Assembly: GCA_963721385.1 (NCBI GenBank)
Contig: CAVRJB010000019.1
Coordinates: 981,946-1,045,945, forward strand
DNA from: an uncultured Acidobacteriota bacterium
Lineage (GTDB): Bacteria > Acidobacteriota > Thermoanaerobaculia > UBA5066
DNA: 64,000 nucleotides
Reading direction: 5' to 3'
Below are positions 40,840 to 49,958 of this stretch, one piece after another. Position numbers and translations under genes: made by a program. The notes beneath the pieces were generated by a model. That model had not been told where the DNA came from. It did no database searches and saw nothing but the letters and a program-made list of their open reading frames with translations. How positions within the stretch are numbered: the stretch's first letter is position 1; each line of letters begins with the position of its first letter.

Positions 40840-42066
40840 TCAGCCGGAGGGAGTCGGGACGGGCGCGGCCGTCGCTGGAGCGGGGTCGGCGGGGGCCGGG
40901 AGGGCGGGCTTCGCCTCCTCCTTCGCCTTCGTGTCGTTGTACCGCTTCTCGATCCCCGACTTCTGCCGGTCGCGGATGAGCCACCGGAGCGTCTTCGACT
41001 GGTTCACACCGACGAGAATGTCGTTGATGGCGTCGTAGACGGCGGGGTCGGCGATGATCCGCCCTGCGGTCCCCTCCGTCGAATCGAGCTTCGCCGCCAC
41101 GTTTGCGAGGTGGGCCGAGAGCCTCTTCAGGTCGCCGAGGAACTCCTTCGCGAACGCCTCGTCGTTGACGAGCTGCGGCAGCGTCCCCTTCCCGTCCGCG
41201 AGCTCCTTCGAGAAGGCGGCGAAGCCGTCCGCCGTCGCCTTCAGCGCGTCGACCATGGCGAAGAACTTCTTCTTCCCCTCGGGGTCGGAGAGGAGGGCGG
41301 GAACGAGCCCCTCGCCGGTCGCCGTCCCCTTCTCGATCGTCTTGGCGATCCGCTCGATCGAGGCCATCGTGGAGCGGAGCTGGGCATCGACCTCGTCGGC
41401 GAGGCCCTTGTCCTGGACGAGGCGGCCGACGAGCCCTTTCCCGTGGCGGATGTCGGCGAGCAGAAGCCGGGTCTCCTCGAGGGCGTCGTGGAGCGACTTC
41501 GAGAGCGCCTTGCCGGTCGTGCTGTCTGTCGTGATCTCGCCGAGAAGGCCCTCTCCTTGCTCGGTGCGGCCCAGGATGTTCCGGAGCGACTTCGAGATGG
41601 CCAGGATGTTCTCCACGAGGTCGCCGCTCGAGGCGAGGATCTTGTCGAACTCGGGGCTGGTGACGGCCGTGATCTGGGAGTCGGGCGGGAGGTCGGGCTT
41701 GTCCGGAGAGCCGGCGGCCACCTCGAGGTACTTGTCGCCGAGGAGGCCGATCGTCCGGATCTCGACCTTGCTGTCGGTCTTCACGAGGTGTTGGTATCGG
41801 CGCTCGATGTCGAACGTGACCGTCAGCTCCTGCCCCGGCTTCTTCGGCACCTCGAGCGAGCGGACGGCCCCGACGCTCACGCCGGCGAGCCGCACCTGGC
41901 CTCCGGGCGCGAGACCCTGGGAGCTCGGAAAGCGTGCGAAGTAGGAGGTGCGGGCGAGGAAGAAGCCGCTCTTCCCGCCGACCGTCAGGATCGCCCCCGC
42001 GAAGAGGACGATGGCGGCGAAGAAGATGATGCCGACGCGGGACTTGGTGCGGGCGTCTGCCCTCAT
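40840..42066 (-). CDS. mlaD: MCE/MlaD-family protein
   Basis: N-terminal TM; GLAPGGQVRLAGVSVGAV; IRTIGLLGDKYLEV; long helical repeats. Confidence 0.9.
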   Translation of the reverse strand: MRADARTKSRVGIIFFAAIVLFAGAILTVGGKSGFFLARTSYFARFPSSQGLAPGGQVRLAGVSVGAVRSLEVPKKPGQELTVTFDIERRYQHLVKTDSKVEIRTIGLLGDKYLEVAAGSPDKPDLPPDSQITAVTSPEFDKILASSGDLVENILAISKSLRNILGRTEQGEGLLGEITTDSTTGKALSKSLHDALEETRLLLADIRHGKGLVGRLVQDKGLADEVDAQLRSTMASIERIAKTIEKGTATGEGLVPALLSDPEGKKKFFAMVDALKATADGFAAFSKELADGKGTLPQLVNDEAFAKEFLGDLKRLSAHLANVAAKLDSTEGTAGRIIADPAVYDAINDILVGVNQSKTLRWLIRDRQKSGIEKRYNDTKAKEEAKPALPAPADPAPATAAPVPTPSG

Positions 42067-42872
42067 GTCTGAGACTCCTCGGCGGCGAGGAAGGCCCGAA
42101 GATCCGGGACGTCCGATTGCCGCGCCTCGTCGGGTGTCCCGATGAAGGCGAAGCGGCCGTTCTTCAGGAAGGCGATCCGGTCGGCCACGAAGAGGGCCGA
42201 CGTGATGTCGTGCGTGACGACGACCGAGGTCGTCTTCAGGCGCGTGTTCAGGTCGACGATCATCTTGTTGATCGTCATCGACGTGACCGGGTCGAGGCCG
42301 GTCGTCGGCTCGTCGTAGAGGAGGACGTCGGGCTTGAGCGCGACGGTACGCGCCAGCGAGACGCGCTTCTTCATGCCGCCCGAAAGGGACGAGGGGAGAA
42401 GCCGGACGACGTCCCGTCCGAGGTTGACGTAGCCGAGCACTTCGTAGACCCGTTCGGCCAGCTTCTCCTCGGACATCTCGAACTTGTGCTCCCGGAGGGC
42501 GAAGGCGACGTTCTCGAAGACGGTCATCGAGTCGAAGAGCGCGCCCCCCTGGAAGAGCATCCCGACCTTCCGGCGGATCGGCCCGAGCTGCTCCTCGTCG
42601 AACCGCGAGATCTCGACGCCGTCCACGTAGACCTCGCCCTTGTCCGGGTGGTCGAGGCCGTTCATCTGGCGGAGGGAGACCGACTTGCCCGTCCCGGAGC
42701 CGCCGAGGATGACGAGCACCTCGCCGCGCATCACCTTCAAGTCGACCTCGTCGAGGACCCGTTTCGAGCCGAACGCCTTCGAAACGCCCCGGAACTCGAC
42801 GACCGGCAGCGAGGGGTCCCTCTCGAGGTCCTCGCGGACGAAGCGCATGACGAGGGTTTCGCTGATCGTCAA
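42063..42872 (-). CDS. mlaF: MlaF-type ABC ATP-binding protein
   Basis: GGSGTGKS, GMLFQGGALFDSMTV, LSGGMKKRVSLAR, YDEPTTGLDP. TTG 42872 forms a TTGA overlap; alternative ATG at 42848. Confidence 0.93.
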   Translation of the reverse strand: MTISETLVMRFVREDLERDPSLPVVEFRGVSKAFGSKRVLDEVDLKVMRGEVLVILGGSGTGKSVSLRQMNGLDHPDKGEVYVDGVEISRFDEEQLGPIRRKVGMLFQGGALFDSMTVFENVAFALREHKFEMSEEKLAERVYEVLGYVNLGRDVVRLLPSSLSGGMKKRVSLARTVALKPDVLLYDEPTTGLDPVTSMTINKMIVDLNTRLKTTSVVVTHDITSALFVADRIAFLKNGRFAFIGTPDEARQSDVPDLRAFLAAEESQT

Positions 42873-43705
42873 TTGACCCCCCACGGGAGCGAGAGGAAGA
42901 TCTTCGTGAGGAAGAAGTCGGACGCGAGGACGGCGATCGAGGAGATGACGACGGCGATCGTCGTCGCGCGGCCGACGCCGTCGGCGCCCCCGGTCGCGGA
43001 GAGGCCGTTGTAGCAGCCGATCAGCGCGATCTCGAAGCCGAAGAACGGCGTCTTGCAGAGGCCGTGCAGGATGTCGTTCGGGGTCGTCGACTGCATGACC
43101 GTCGAGAGGTAGAACGACGCCCCGATCTTCAGCTCGACCGTGGCGATGAAGAGCCCGCCGACCATCCCGATGAAGTCGGTCAGCATGGTCAGAAGCGGCA
43201 GCATCACGGTGATGGCGACCACTCGGGGGAGGACGAGCTTCCGGATCGGGGAGGCGCCGAGCGCGCGGAGGGCGTCGACCTGTTCCGTCACGGACATCGA
43301 GCCGATCTCGGCGGTAATGCCGGCGCCGCAGCGCGCGGCGACCATCAGGGCGGTGAGGACGGGCCCCAGCTCGCGGCAGACCGAGAGGACGACGATGCGG
43401 CCGACGAAGAGCTTGCCGCCGAACTGAGACAGGGCGTAGGCCGTCTGGAGCGCGAGGACCATCCCCGTGAAGAGGGCCGTCAGGCTGGTGATCGAGATCG
43501 ACTGAACCCCGAGCGCGTCCATCTGCCGGAGGATCTCGCCCGTCTCCCAGCGCTTCCGCGCCTCCCGGAAGAGCTGGATCGTCATGATCCCGATCCCGCC
43601 GAGGTGGTGGGTCGCCTTGTCGAACCAGCGTTTGAGGCGCGGCAGCTTCCACCACGGCGTCCGCTGGATCAGCAGCGACGAGGTCGAATAGATGCCGGAA
43701 TCCAT
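42869..43705 (-). CDS. mlaE: MlaE-type ABC permease
   Basis: GMVLALQT, RELGPVLTALMVAARCG, EIGSMSVTEQVDAL, GGADGVGRATT. Confidence 0.95.
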   Translation of the reverse strand: MDSGIYSTSSLLIQRTPWWKLPRLKRWFDKATHHLGGIGIMTIQLFREARKRWETGEILRQMDALGVQSISITSLTALFTGMVLALQTAYALSQFGGKLFVGRIVVLSVCRELGPVLTALMVAARCGAGITAEIGSMSVTEQVDALRALGASPIRKLVLPRVVAITVMLPLLTMLTDFIGMVGGLFIATVELKIGASFYLSTVMQSTTPNDILHGLCKTPFFGFEIALIGCYNGLSATGGADGVGRATTIAVVISSIAVLASDFFLTKIFLSLPWGVN

Positions 43706-43711
43706 GCGGCG

Positions 43712-43717
43712 ATTGTA
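43712..43717 (-). promoter_or_regulatory. -10 element (TACAAT) of a probable leaderless mlaEFD transcript
   Basis: TACAAT-cgccgc-ATG(43705). Confidence 0.55.
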
Positions 43718-43751
43718 CGGGTCCAGACCGCTTGCGGCCGGACCTCCGGGC

Positions 43752-44996
43752 CTAGAACGGCGGATTGAAGCTCGAGCCGACCAGGCCGCAGGTGAAGCCG
43801 ACCTGACCGCGGACGGCCGGCAGGTAGTCGGACGGCTTCACGCGCGAGTCGAAATCGACGTTCACCTTCCGGTTGTCCCACTGCTTGTAGTCTTTCCTGT
43901 GCTCCGCGCCGAACTGGAAGTGGAGGACCCCCCAGGCAACCGGACGCCCGCCGATGGAGAACGTGCCGAGGACATTCCGGTTGTTGATGAGGTCGAAGTT
44001 GTTCCCGGACAGGCTGAAGAGGAGCCGCCCGTCCGGGTAGAGGATCGCGGCCCACCCGAGGAAGTCGATGCCGCAGTTGCCGGGCATCCCGCCCGTCGAG
44101 TACGTCGCGGGCACGCCGCTGATGGAAAAGGAGGCCTTCTGGGAACCGCCGCCGTATTCCAGGACGAGCTCGCCGGCCTTCGCGACGCCGTCGGCCTGGA
44201 AGCCTCCATTCCAGTTGAGCTTGAGGGGAACCGTCACCTTCTTCTCGCTGCCGGGAGGCACGGTGACGGCGACGGGCGTGACGCTTACCCCGGCCGGCAG
44301 GGATCCGCCCCGGATCGTCCCCTTCAGCTCGGACGACGTCGCGGCAATCGAGACGGCAAGGTCGAGCCCCGGCGCCGGCGAGACGGCGACCGGCTCCTTG
44401 TCGGCGACGACGAACGTCGCGGCGATCTTCAGGCCGTTGAACATCCCCGCGAGGGGAACCGAGAGGGTCCAGTTCCCTTGAGGGCCGGGGCCGGTCACCT
44501 TCATCGTCGCGGGCTTCGGCCCAGCGGTCATGGAGAAGAGGTCGAACTTCGGCTCGAAAACGAGGTCGATCTGGATCTCCGCGCCCGGGGCAAGGCTCCA
44601 CCGCCAGGGCTTCGAGGGGTTCGTGATGTGGGACTTCACGTTCCGGGCCATGAGCGGTCCGCCCCCTCCGAACGCTCCTGCGCCCATTTCGCGGAACTCC
44701 GCGACGCGGTACGGCCCGGCGGGGATCTCCACCGCTACGTATCCGTTCCCGTTCGTGGTCAGGGCAAACGTCCTCTTCGACGACTGTCCGTTCCAGACGG
44801 CGCCGAAATCCAGGGAGGCGGGGGAATGGACGGGTGCGTTCAGGATGTTGGCCACGCCCGGCGCCATCGGCTTGACGGACGCCGCCGCGGCCGCCGTCGG
44901 GGTGGGCGTCGGGAGGCGAGACATCACGGTCTGGGCGCTGGCGGCCCGACCGAGGACGGCGCACGAGACGACGATCGCGGCGGCGAAGAATTTCAT
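43752..44996 (-). CDS. Secreted hypothetical protein with Ig-like beta-sandwich domains
   Basis: GGGAGG RBS; signal peptide MKFFAAAIVVSCAVLGRAASA; PTPTPT linker; SLDFGAVWNG...TFALTTNG resembles ASH/PapD-like Ig folds. Confidence 0.7.
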   Translation of the reverse strand: MKFFAAAIVVSCAVLGRAASAQTVMSRLPTPTPTAAAAASVKPMAPGVANILNAPVHSPASLDFGAVWNGQSSKRTFALTTNGNGYVAVEIPAGPYRVAEFREMGAGAFGGGGPLMARNVKSHITNPSKPWRWSLAPGAEIQIDLVFEPKFDLFSMTAGPKPATMKVTGPGPQGNWTLSVPLAGMFNGLKIAATFVVADKEPVAVSPAPGLDLAVSIAATSSELKGTIRGGSLPAGVSVTPVAVTVPPGSEKKVTVPLKLNWNGGFQADGVAKAGELVLEYGGGSQKASFSISGVPATYSTGGMPGNCGIDFLGWAAILYPDGRLLFSLSGNNFDLINNRNVLGTFSIGGRPVAWGVLHFQFGAEHRKDYKQWDNRKVNVDFDSRVKPSDYLPAVRGQVGFTCGLVGSSFNPPF

Positions 44997-45126
44997 CGGC
45001 AACCTCCCGGTTCCTGATCATGCTGGCGTCCCGGCCCCGCGAATTCAAGTGCCCGGTATGGCCCGTGGGCGTCAGCTCCGTGTCCGCACGCGCCGTCCGT
45101 GACGGCGGTCACGGGGAGCGGTCCCG

Positions 45127-45132
45127 TAGACT
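45127..45132 (+). promoter_or_regulatory. -10 element (TAGACT) of a probable leaderless plsC transcript
   Basis: TAGACT-cgcggc-ATG(45139). Confidence 0.55.
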
Positions 45133-45138
45133 CGCGGC

Positions 45139-45861
45139 ATGACCGACGCCGCGCCGCGGAGCCTCCTCGCGACGGTCTGGGGCTGGCTCGTCATCGTTTC
45201 CATGACGGTCGTCTTCGGGACGCTCGCCGTCCTGACGTCGTGGATCCCCCCGCGCGGCCGGCTCTTCCTCTTCTGGGCCCGGGCGTGGTCGAACGCGCTC
45301 CTCGTTTTCTGCGGCATCCCGACGCGGATCGAGGTCTCGGCCCCGGCGGCCGCCGTGCCGCAGGCGGTTTTCATGTCGAACCACGAGTCGCTGGTCGACA
45401 TCCCGCTCCTCTTCGTCGGCATAAGACAGGAGGTGAGGTTTCTGGCGAAGAGGTCGCTGTTCTACGTGCCGTTTCTCGGCTGGTCGATGTGGCTCGCCGG
45501 CTTCGTGCCGGTCGACCGCGAGCGGAAGGAGAAGGCGGTCGACGTCTTCGAGACGCTCGAACAGCGCGTCCGGAAGGGGCACTCCATCCTCGTCTTCCCC
45601 GAGGGAACCCGCTCGCGGACCGGCGACCTCCAGCCGTTCCGGAAGTCGGGATTCCTCCTCGCGATGCGAACGGGACTCCCGATCGTGCCGGTGGCCGTCT
45701 CGGGCGCGCGGCGCGTCGTGGGGGCGGACTCGCTCTGGATCCGGAGGTCACCGGCCACCCTCCGGATGGGGGATCCGATTCCGACGAAGGGGGTGCCGCT
45801 CTCCGAGCGAACCGCGCTGATGGAGGGCGTCCGACGGGAGATCCTCCGCCTCAGGACCTGA
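45139..45861 (+). CDS. plsC: 1-acyl-sn-glycerol-3-phosphate acyltransferase
   Basis: NHESLVD (HxxxxD), FLAKRSLF, FVPVDR, FPEGTRS. Confidence 0.93.
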   Translation: MTDAAPRSLLATVWGWLVIVSMTVVFGTLAVLTSWIPPRGRLFLFWARAWSNALLVFCGIPTRIEVSAPAAAVPQAVFMSNHESLVDIPLLFVGIRQEVRFLAKRSLFYVPFLGWSMWLAGFVPVDRERKEKAVDVFETLEQRVRKGHSILVFPEGTRSRTGDLQPFRKSGFLLAMRTGLPIVPVAVSGARRVVGADSLWIRRSPATLRMGDPIPTKGVPLSERTALMEGVRREILRLRT

Positions 45862-45916
45862 GGCCGTTGGCTTCGCAGAAACCGAAGCGCAGATAATCGG
45901 GCGCGGGAGGCGAACG

Positions 45917-47041
45917 ATGACCTCCGCGCAGAAGATCGCGAGAGAGCGCCTCTCGGCGTTTCTGTCGCCGGCGGGCGTCGCCATAGACGGGGGAGCCCCG
46001 TACGACCTCCGCGTCCACGACGAGCGGGTCTTCGCCCGGATTCTCGCCGGAGGCTCGCTGGGGCTCGGCGAGAGCTTCATGGACGGCTGGTGGTCCGCAG
46101 ACCGTCTCGACGAGCTGGCCTGCCGGATCTTCCGGGCCGGCCTCGACCGGACGGCGGCGGAGCCCGGGCGCCTCGCGCGCAAGGTCGCGGCGTGGCTCCT
46201 TCCCCGGGGGCGGCGGGCGCGCGCGTTCGTCGTCGGCGGGCGCCACTACGATATCGGCAACGACCTCTTCGAGAAGATGCTCGACCGCCGGATGATCTAC
46301 TCCTGCGCCTACTGGAAGGGCGCCTCGACGCTCGACGACGCGCAGGAGAAGAAGCTCGATCTCGTCTGCCGCAAGGTGGGACTGAAGAAAGGGCAGACGG
46401 TCCTCGACATCGGATGCGGGTGGGGCGGCTTCGCCCGCTTCGCCGCCGAGCGCTACGGGGTTCGGGTCGTCGGCATCACGGTCTCGAAGGAGCAGGTGGG
46501 CCCCGCGAAGGAGTGCGTCCGCGGACTTCCCGTCGAGATCCGGCTGCAGGACTACCGGGAGCTCTCGGGGCGATTCGACGCCGTCGTCTCGCTCGGGATG
46601 TTTGAGCACGTCGGCCCGAGACACCACCGGGACTTCATGGACGTCGTGACGCGCTGTCTCGTCCCCGACGGCCTGCTGCTCCTCCACACGATCGCCGCGC
46701 CCGATTCGACCTGGTCCCCCGACCCGTGGATCGAGAAGCACATTTTCCCCCAGAGCCATGTTCCCTCGCTTGCGCGGATCTCGCGTGCGGCCGAGGGACG
46801 GTTCGTCGTGGAGGACGTCCACAACTTCGGGGCTTTCTACGACCGGACCCTGATGGCGTGGGACGCGAACGTCGAAGCGAACCGGTCTGAAATCGCGGAG
46901 CGGTACGGCGAGCGGTTTCTCCGGATGTGGCGCTTCTACCTGCTCTCCTGCGCAGGGTCGTTCCGGGCACGCCACAGCCAGCTCTTCCAGCTCGTCCTCT
47001 CGCCGGGCGGCATCCGCGGCGGCTACGACTCCGTCCGCTGA
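45917..47041 (+). CDS. cfa: Cyclopropane-fatty-acyl-phospholipid synthase
   Basis: LGLGESFMDGWW, HYDIGNDLF, YSCAYW, LDIGCGWG, SLGMFEHVG, RMWRFYLLSCAG. Confidence 0.96.
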   Translation: MTSAQKIARERLSAFLSPAGVAIDGGAPYDLRVHDERVFARILAGGSLGLGESFMDGWWSADRLDELACRIFRAGLDRTAAEPGRLARKVAAWLLPRGRRARAFVVGGRHYDIGNDLFEKMLDRRMIYSCAYWKGASTLDDAQEKKLDLVCRKVGLKKGQTVLDIGCGWGGFARFAAERYGVRVVGITVSKEQVGPAKECVRGLPVEIRLQDYRELSGRFDAVVSLGMFEHVGPRHHRDFMDVVTRCLVPDGLLLLHTIAAPDSTWSPDPWIEKHIFPQSHVPSLARISRAAEGRFVVEDVHNFGAFYDRTLMAWDANVEANRSEIAERYGERFLRMWRFYLLSCAGSFRARHSQLFQLVLSPGGIRGGYDSVR

Positions 47042-47090
47042 AGGCGGGAACCGGCGGATCTGTGCGACGATTGCCGCGGGGAGGGATTCC

Positions 47091-48155
47091 GTGCCCACGG
47101 CCACGCTCAGTGAACAGACTGCGCTCGACGCGCTCCGGACCGTCAAGTACCCCGGATTCTCCCGGGACATCGTCTCGTTCGGCTTCGTGAAGGACCTCGC
47201 CGTCGGGGGCGGGAATGTCTCGTTCCGTCTCGCGATGACGGCAGACCAGCCGGCCATCGGCGAGCAGCTGAAAGCCGAGTGCGACGCCGTGCTCCGCCGC
47301 CTTCCGGGCGTCACGAGCGTCACGATCTCGGTCCAGGCGGCACCCCCGCGCCCGCCCGTCGTGGCGGCCGGAGCGCCCCTGGGCCAGGCCGAACTCCTCA
47401 AGGAGACGCGGTTTACGATCGCCGTCGCGTCGGGAAAGGGAGGCGTCGGGAAGTCGACCGTGGCGGCGAACCTCGCCCTCGCGCTGACGAGGCTCGGCTA
47501 TCAGGTCGGATTGATGGACTCGGACATCTACGGGCCGTCCCAGCAGATGATGATGGGAATCTCCTCGCGCCCCTTCGTCAACGACGAGGAGAAGATTCTC
47601 CCGATCGAGAAGCACGGCGTCCGCGTCATGTCGATCGGCTTCCTGATGGACGTCGACACGCCCGTCATCTGGCGGGGGCCGATGATCTTCAAGGCCGTCG
47701 AGCAGTTTCTCGGCGACGTGGCGTGGGGGAAGCAGGACTTTCTCGTCATCGACCTGCCGCCCGGCACCGGCGACGCCCAGCTGACGCTCACGCAGAAGGT
47801 CCACCTCTCGGGCGCCGTCATCGTGACGACGCCGCAGGACGTCGCCCTGATCGACGCCCGCAAGGGACTCGCCATGTTCCAGAAGGTGAACGTCGACGTC
47901 CTCGGCATCATCGAGAACATGAGCTACTACGAGTGCCCGAAGTGCGGGAATCGCGAGGAGATCTTCAAGCATGGCGGCGGCAAGAAGACCGCCGATCTGC
48001 TCGGCGTCCCGTTCCTCGGAGAGATTCCCCTCGACCCGCGCGTCGCGGTTCAGGGCGACGCCGGGACGCCGATCGTCGTCGCCGAACCCGACTCGGTCGT
48101 CACGAAGGCGTTTCTCGAGCTGGCCCGGCAGGTCGCGAAGGCCGTCGGCGCCTAA
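47091..48155 (+). CDS. mrp: Mrp/NBP35 (ApbC) Fe-S cluster carrier ATPase
   Basis: N-terminal DUF59-like domain; ASGKGGVGKST, DSDIYGPS, WRGPM, DLPPGTGD, VTTPQ, ENMSYYECPKC. Confidence 0.95.
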   Translation: MPTATLSEQTALDALRTVKYPGFSRDIVSFGFVKDLAVGGGNVSFRLAMTADQPAIGEQLKAECDAVLRRLPGVTSVTISVQAAPPRPPVVAAGAPLGQAELLKETRFTIAVASGKGGVGKSTVAANLALALTRLGYQVGLMDSDIYGPSQQMMMGISSRPFVNDEEKILPIEKHGVRVMSIGFLMDVDTPVIWRGPMIFKAVEQFLGDVAWGKQDFLVIDLPPGTGDAQLTLTQKVHLSGAVIVTTPQDVALIDARKGLAMFQKVNVDVLGIIENMSYYECPKCGNREEIFKHGGGKKTADLLGVPFLGEIPLDPRVAVQGDAGTPIVVAEPDSVVTKAFLELARQVAKAVGA

Positions 48156-49924
48156 GGGGCCGGGGGCGCCTGGGGCGCCGTGGCCGCGGCCCTGAGGAGT
48201 CTCGGCGCGAAGACGAGCGCGAGGCCGTAGAGGGCGAAGGCGGGGAAGAGGGTCGCCGGCCGGCCGTTTGGCAGGTCCTCGAGGACGAGCTTCAAGCCCC
48301 CGAGCGCGAGGAGGGGCCAGACGAGCCACGAGAGCTCGAGGAGCCGGGACCTTCTTCTGCCGGCGGCGAGGAGGATCGCCGCCCCCGCGAGGACGCTGCT
48401 TCGGATCATCGCGACGAGACCCGGATCCGCCCCGACGCCGGCGCCGATGAACCTGGCGAGCGCGTGCTCCACGATCGTCCCGGCGCCGAGCGCCGCGAGG
48501 ACGGCCGACGTGAAGACTGGCAGGCGGGTCCAGAAAGTCGAGCGGTGGGCTCCGGGCGCCGTCAACAGGGCATAAACGCCCGCCGCGGCCGCGAAGACCA
48601 GGATGGCCGTCGCGGGAATCGGAGCGTCCGAGGCCGAGGAGGGCGCCGCGAAGGCGACGTAGGATGCGGCGAGCAGCCTCCCCGTCGCGGCGGCGAGGAG
48701 GAGGTAGACGGCGGCGTGAGCCGCCGGGGTCCGACCGGCGCCCCGGGCCGCGAAGGCCGAGGCGACCAGACTGAAGAGGACGAGGGGCGCGAACCGGAGG
48801 CCCGCCGGGAGGGCGAGGCCCACGAAGGCGAGCGCGAGGAGGAACGCGAGGGTCGCATGGAGACGCGCCACCGGGGCGGCTTCCTTCCGGGCATTCGCGA
48901 GGGCGTAGAGCGCCGCGGCGCCGGCGGCCGCGCCAGCGCCGACGGCGGTCACCGGGAGTCCGGCCCGTGATCCGAGCCACGCGGCCGTTCCGAGGCCCGC
49001 CGCGAGCGCGGCCGGGGTCTGGATCCAATCGAGCGCGGAGGGCGCGTGCCTCCGGAGGGCCGTCCGCCAGACGGCGGCGGCGAGATAGAGCGCGGCGAGG
49101 AGGATCGCGAGGGCGGCGAGGACGCCGGGCGAGATTCCCGGATACTCGTCGGCAGCCGCGCCGGGCCGCGTCGCAACGAAACCCGCCGAAGCGACGGCGA
49201 AGTCGGCCGCGACGGCCGCCGGCCAGGGGAGGCCGGTCCAGCCCCTCTCGTTCGCCGCCCCGAGCGACAGCGCGCCGACCGCGAGGAGGAGCGCGACGAA
49301 CGTCGCCACCGCATGCGTCGTCACGAGCAGAAGGAGGGCCGCGGGGAGGACGCCGAGCACCACGAACCAGCCGGCGGCCGGGAGGTTCCGGATCGCCGAG
49401 AGGGCGAGGCCGAGGGCGGCGAAGACGCCGAGGAGCGCGGCGGCCGTGCCTGCCGAGAGGACGCCGAGGCGCGTCGCCGCCTCCCAGACGAGGGGGCAGA
49501 CGACGAGCGTCGCCGTGAGCGCGTCGGCGGCCGCCCGGAGGCGGTCGCCCTTCCGCGCTCCCCTCTCGGCGAGGAAGAGCCACGCGAGGGCGTACGCGAG
49601 GCCCAGCGTCACGCCGGCGCCCGGCGGGAGCGCACCGGCCTCGGTCACGGCGCGAATGAGGAAGGCGCCTCCGAGCGCGAGAACGCCGCGTCCGGCGAGG
49701 GCGATCGTCCGCGAAAACGACTCGAAGGGCGGCGTCGCGGCATCCACCGGGGAGACCACGGCGGCGGCGGCCGCAGCGGCGGGCGCCGGCTCGGCGACGG
49801 CTGCCGAAGGAGCCATCGGGGCTTTCCCGGGCATCTCGAGTGCGGCCACGCGGGCCTCGAGCGATCGGAGCGTCTCGGCGAGTTCGCTCACCTTTGCGGT
49901 CAGTTTCGCGACGGCGTCGTCCAT
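48152..49924 (-). CDS. Polytopic membrane protein with N-terminal coiled coil (DUF2339-like)
   Basis: VSELAETLRSLEARVAALE, Pro/Ala linker, then a long series of TM helices (GRGVLALGGAFLIRA...). Confidence 0.7.
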   Translation of the reverse strand: MDDAVAKLTAKVSELAETLRSLEARVAALEMPGKAPMAPSAAVAEPAPAAAAAAAVVSPVDAATPPFESFSRTIALAGRGVLALGGAFLIRAVTEAGALPPGAGVTLGLAYALAWLFLAERGARKGDRLRAAADALTATLVVCPLVWEAATRLGVLSAGTAAALLGVFAALGLALSAIRNLPAAGWFVVLGVLPAALLLLVTTHAVATFVALLLAVGALSLGAANERGWTGLPWPAAVAADFAVASAGFVATRPGAAADEYPGISPGVLAALAILLAALYLAAAVWRTALRRHAPSALDWIQTPAALAAGLGTAAWLGSRAGLPVTAVGAGAAAGAAALYALANARKEAAPVARLHATLAFLLALAFVGLALPAGLRFAPLVLFSLVASAFAARGAGRTPAAHAAVYLLLAAATGRLLAASYVAFAAPSSASDAPIPATAILVFAAAAGVYALLTAPGAHRSTFWTRLPVFTSAVLAALGAGTIVEHALARFIGAGVGADPGLVAMIRSSVLAGAAILLAAGRRRSRLLELSWLVWPLLALGGLKLVLEDLPNGRPATLFPAFALYGLALVFAPRLLRAAATAPQAPPAP

Positions 49925-49958
49925 GGTCCGGTCTTTCCTGCGCGGCGGGCCGCCGGGG

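Noticed and set aside
42063-43655. Chimeric ORF-track calls 42063-43655, 21889-23820 and 61806-63116
   Set aside because: Each is a real downstream gene extended through the off-frame or frameshifted upstream gene (mlaE/mlaF, permease/ATPase, ccmA/ccmB).
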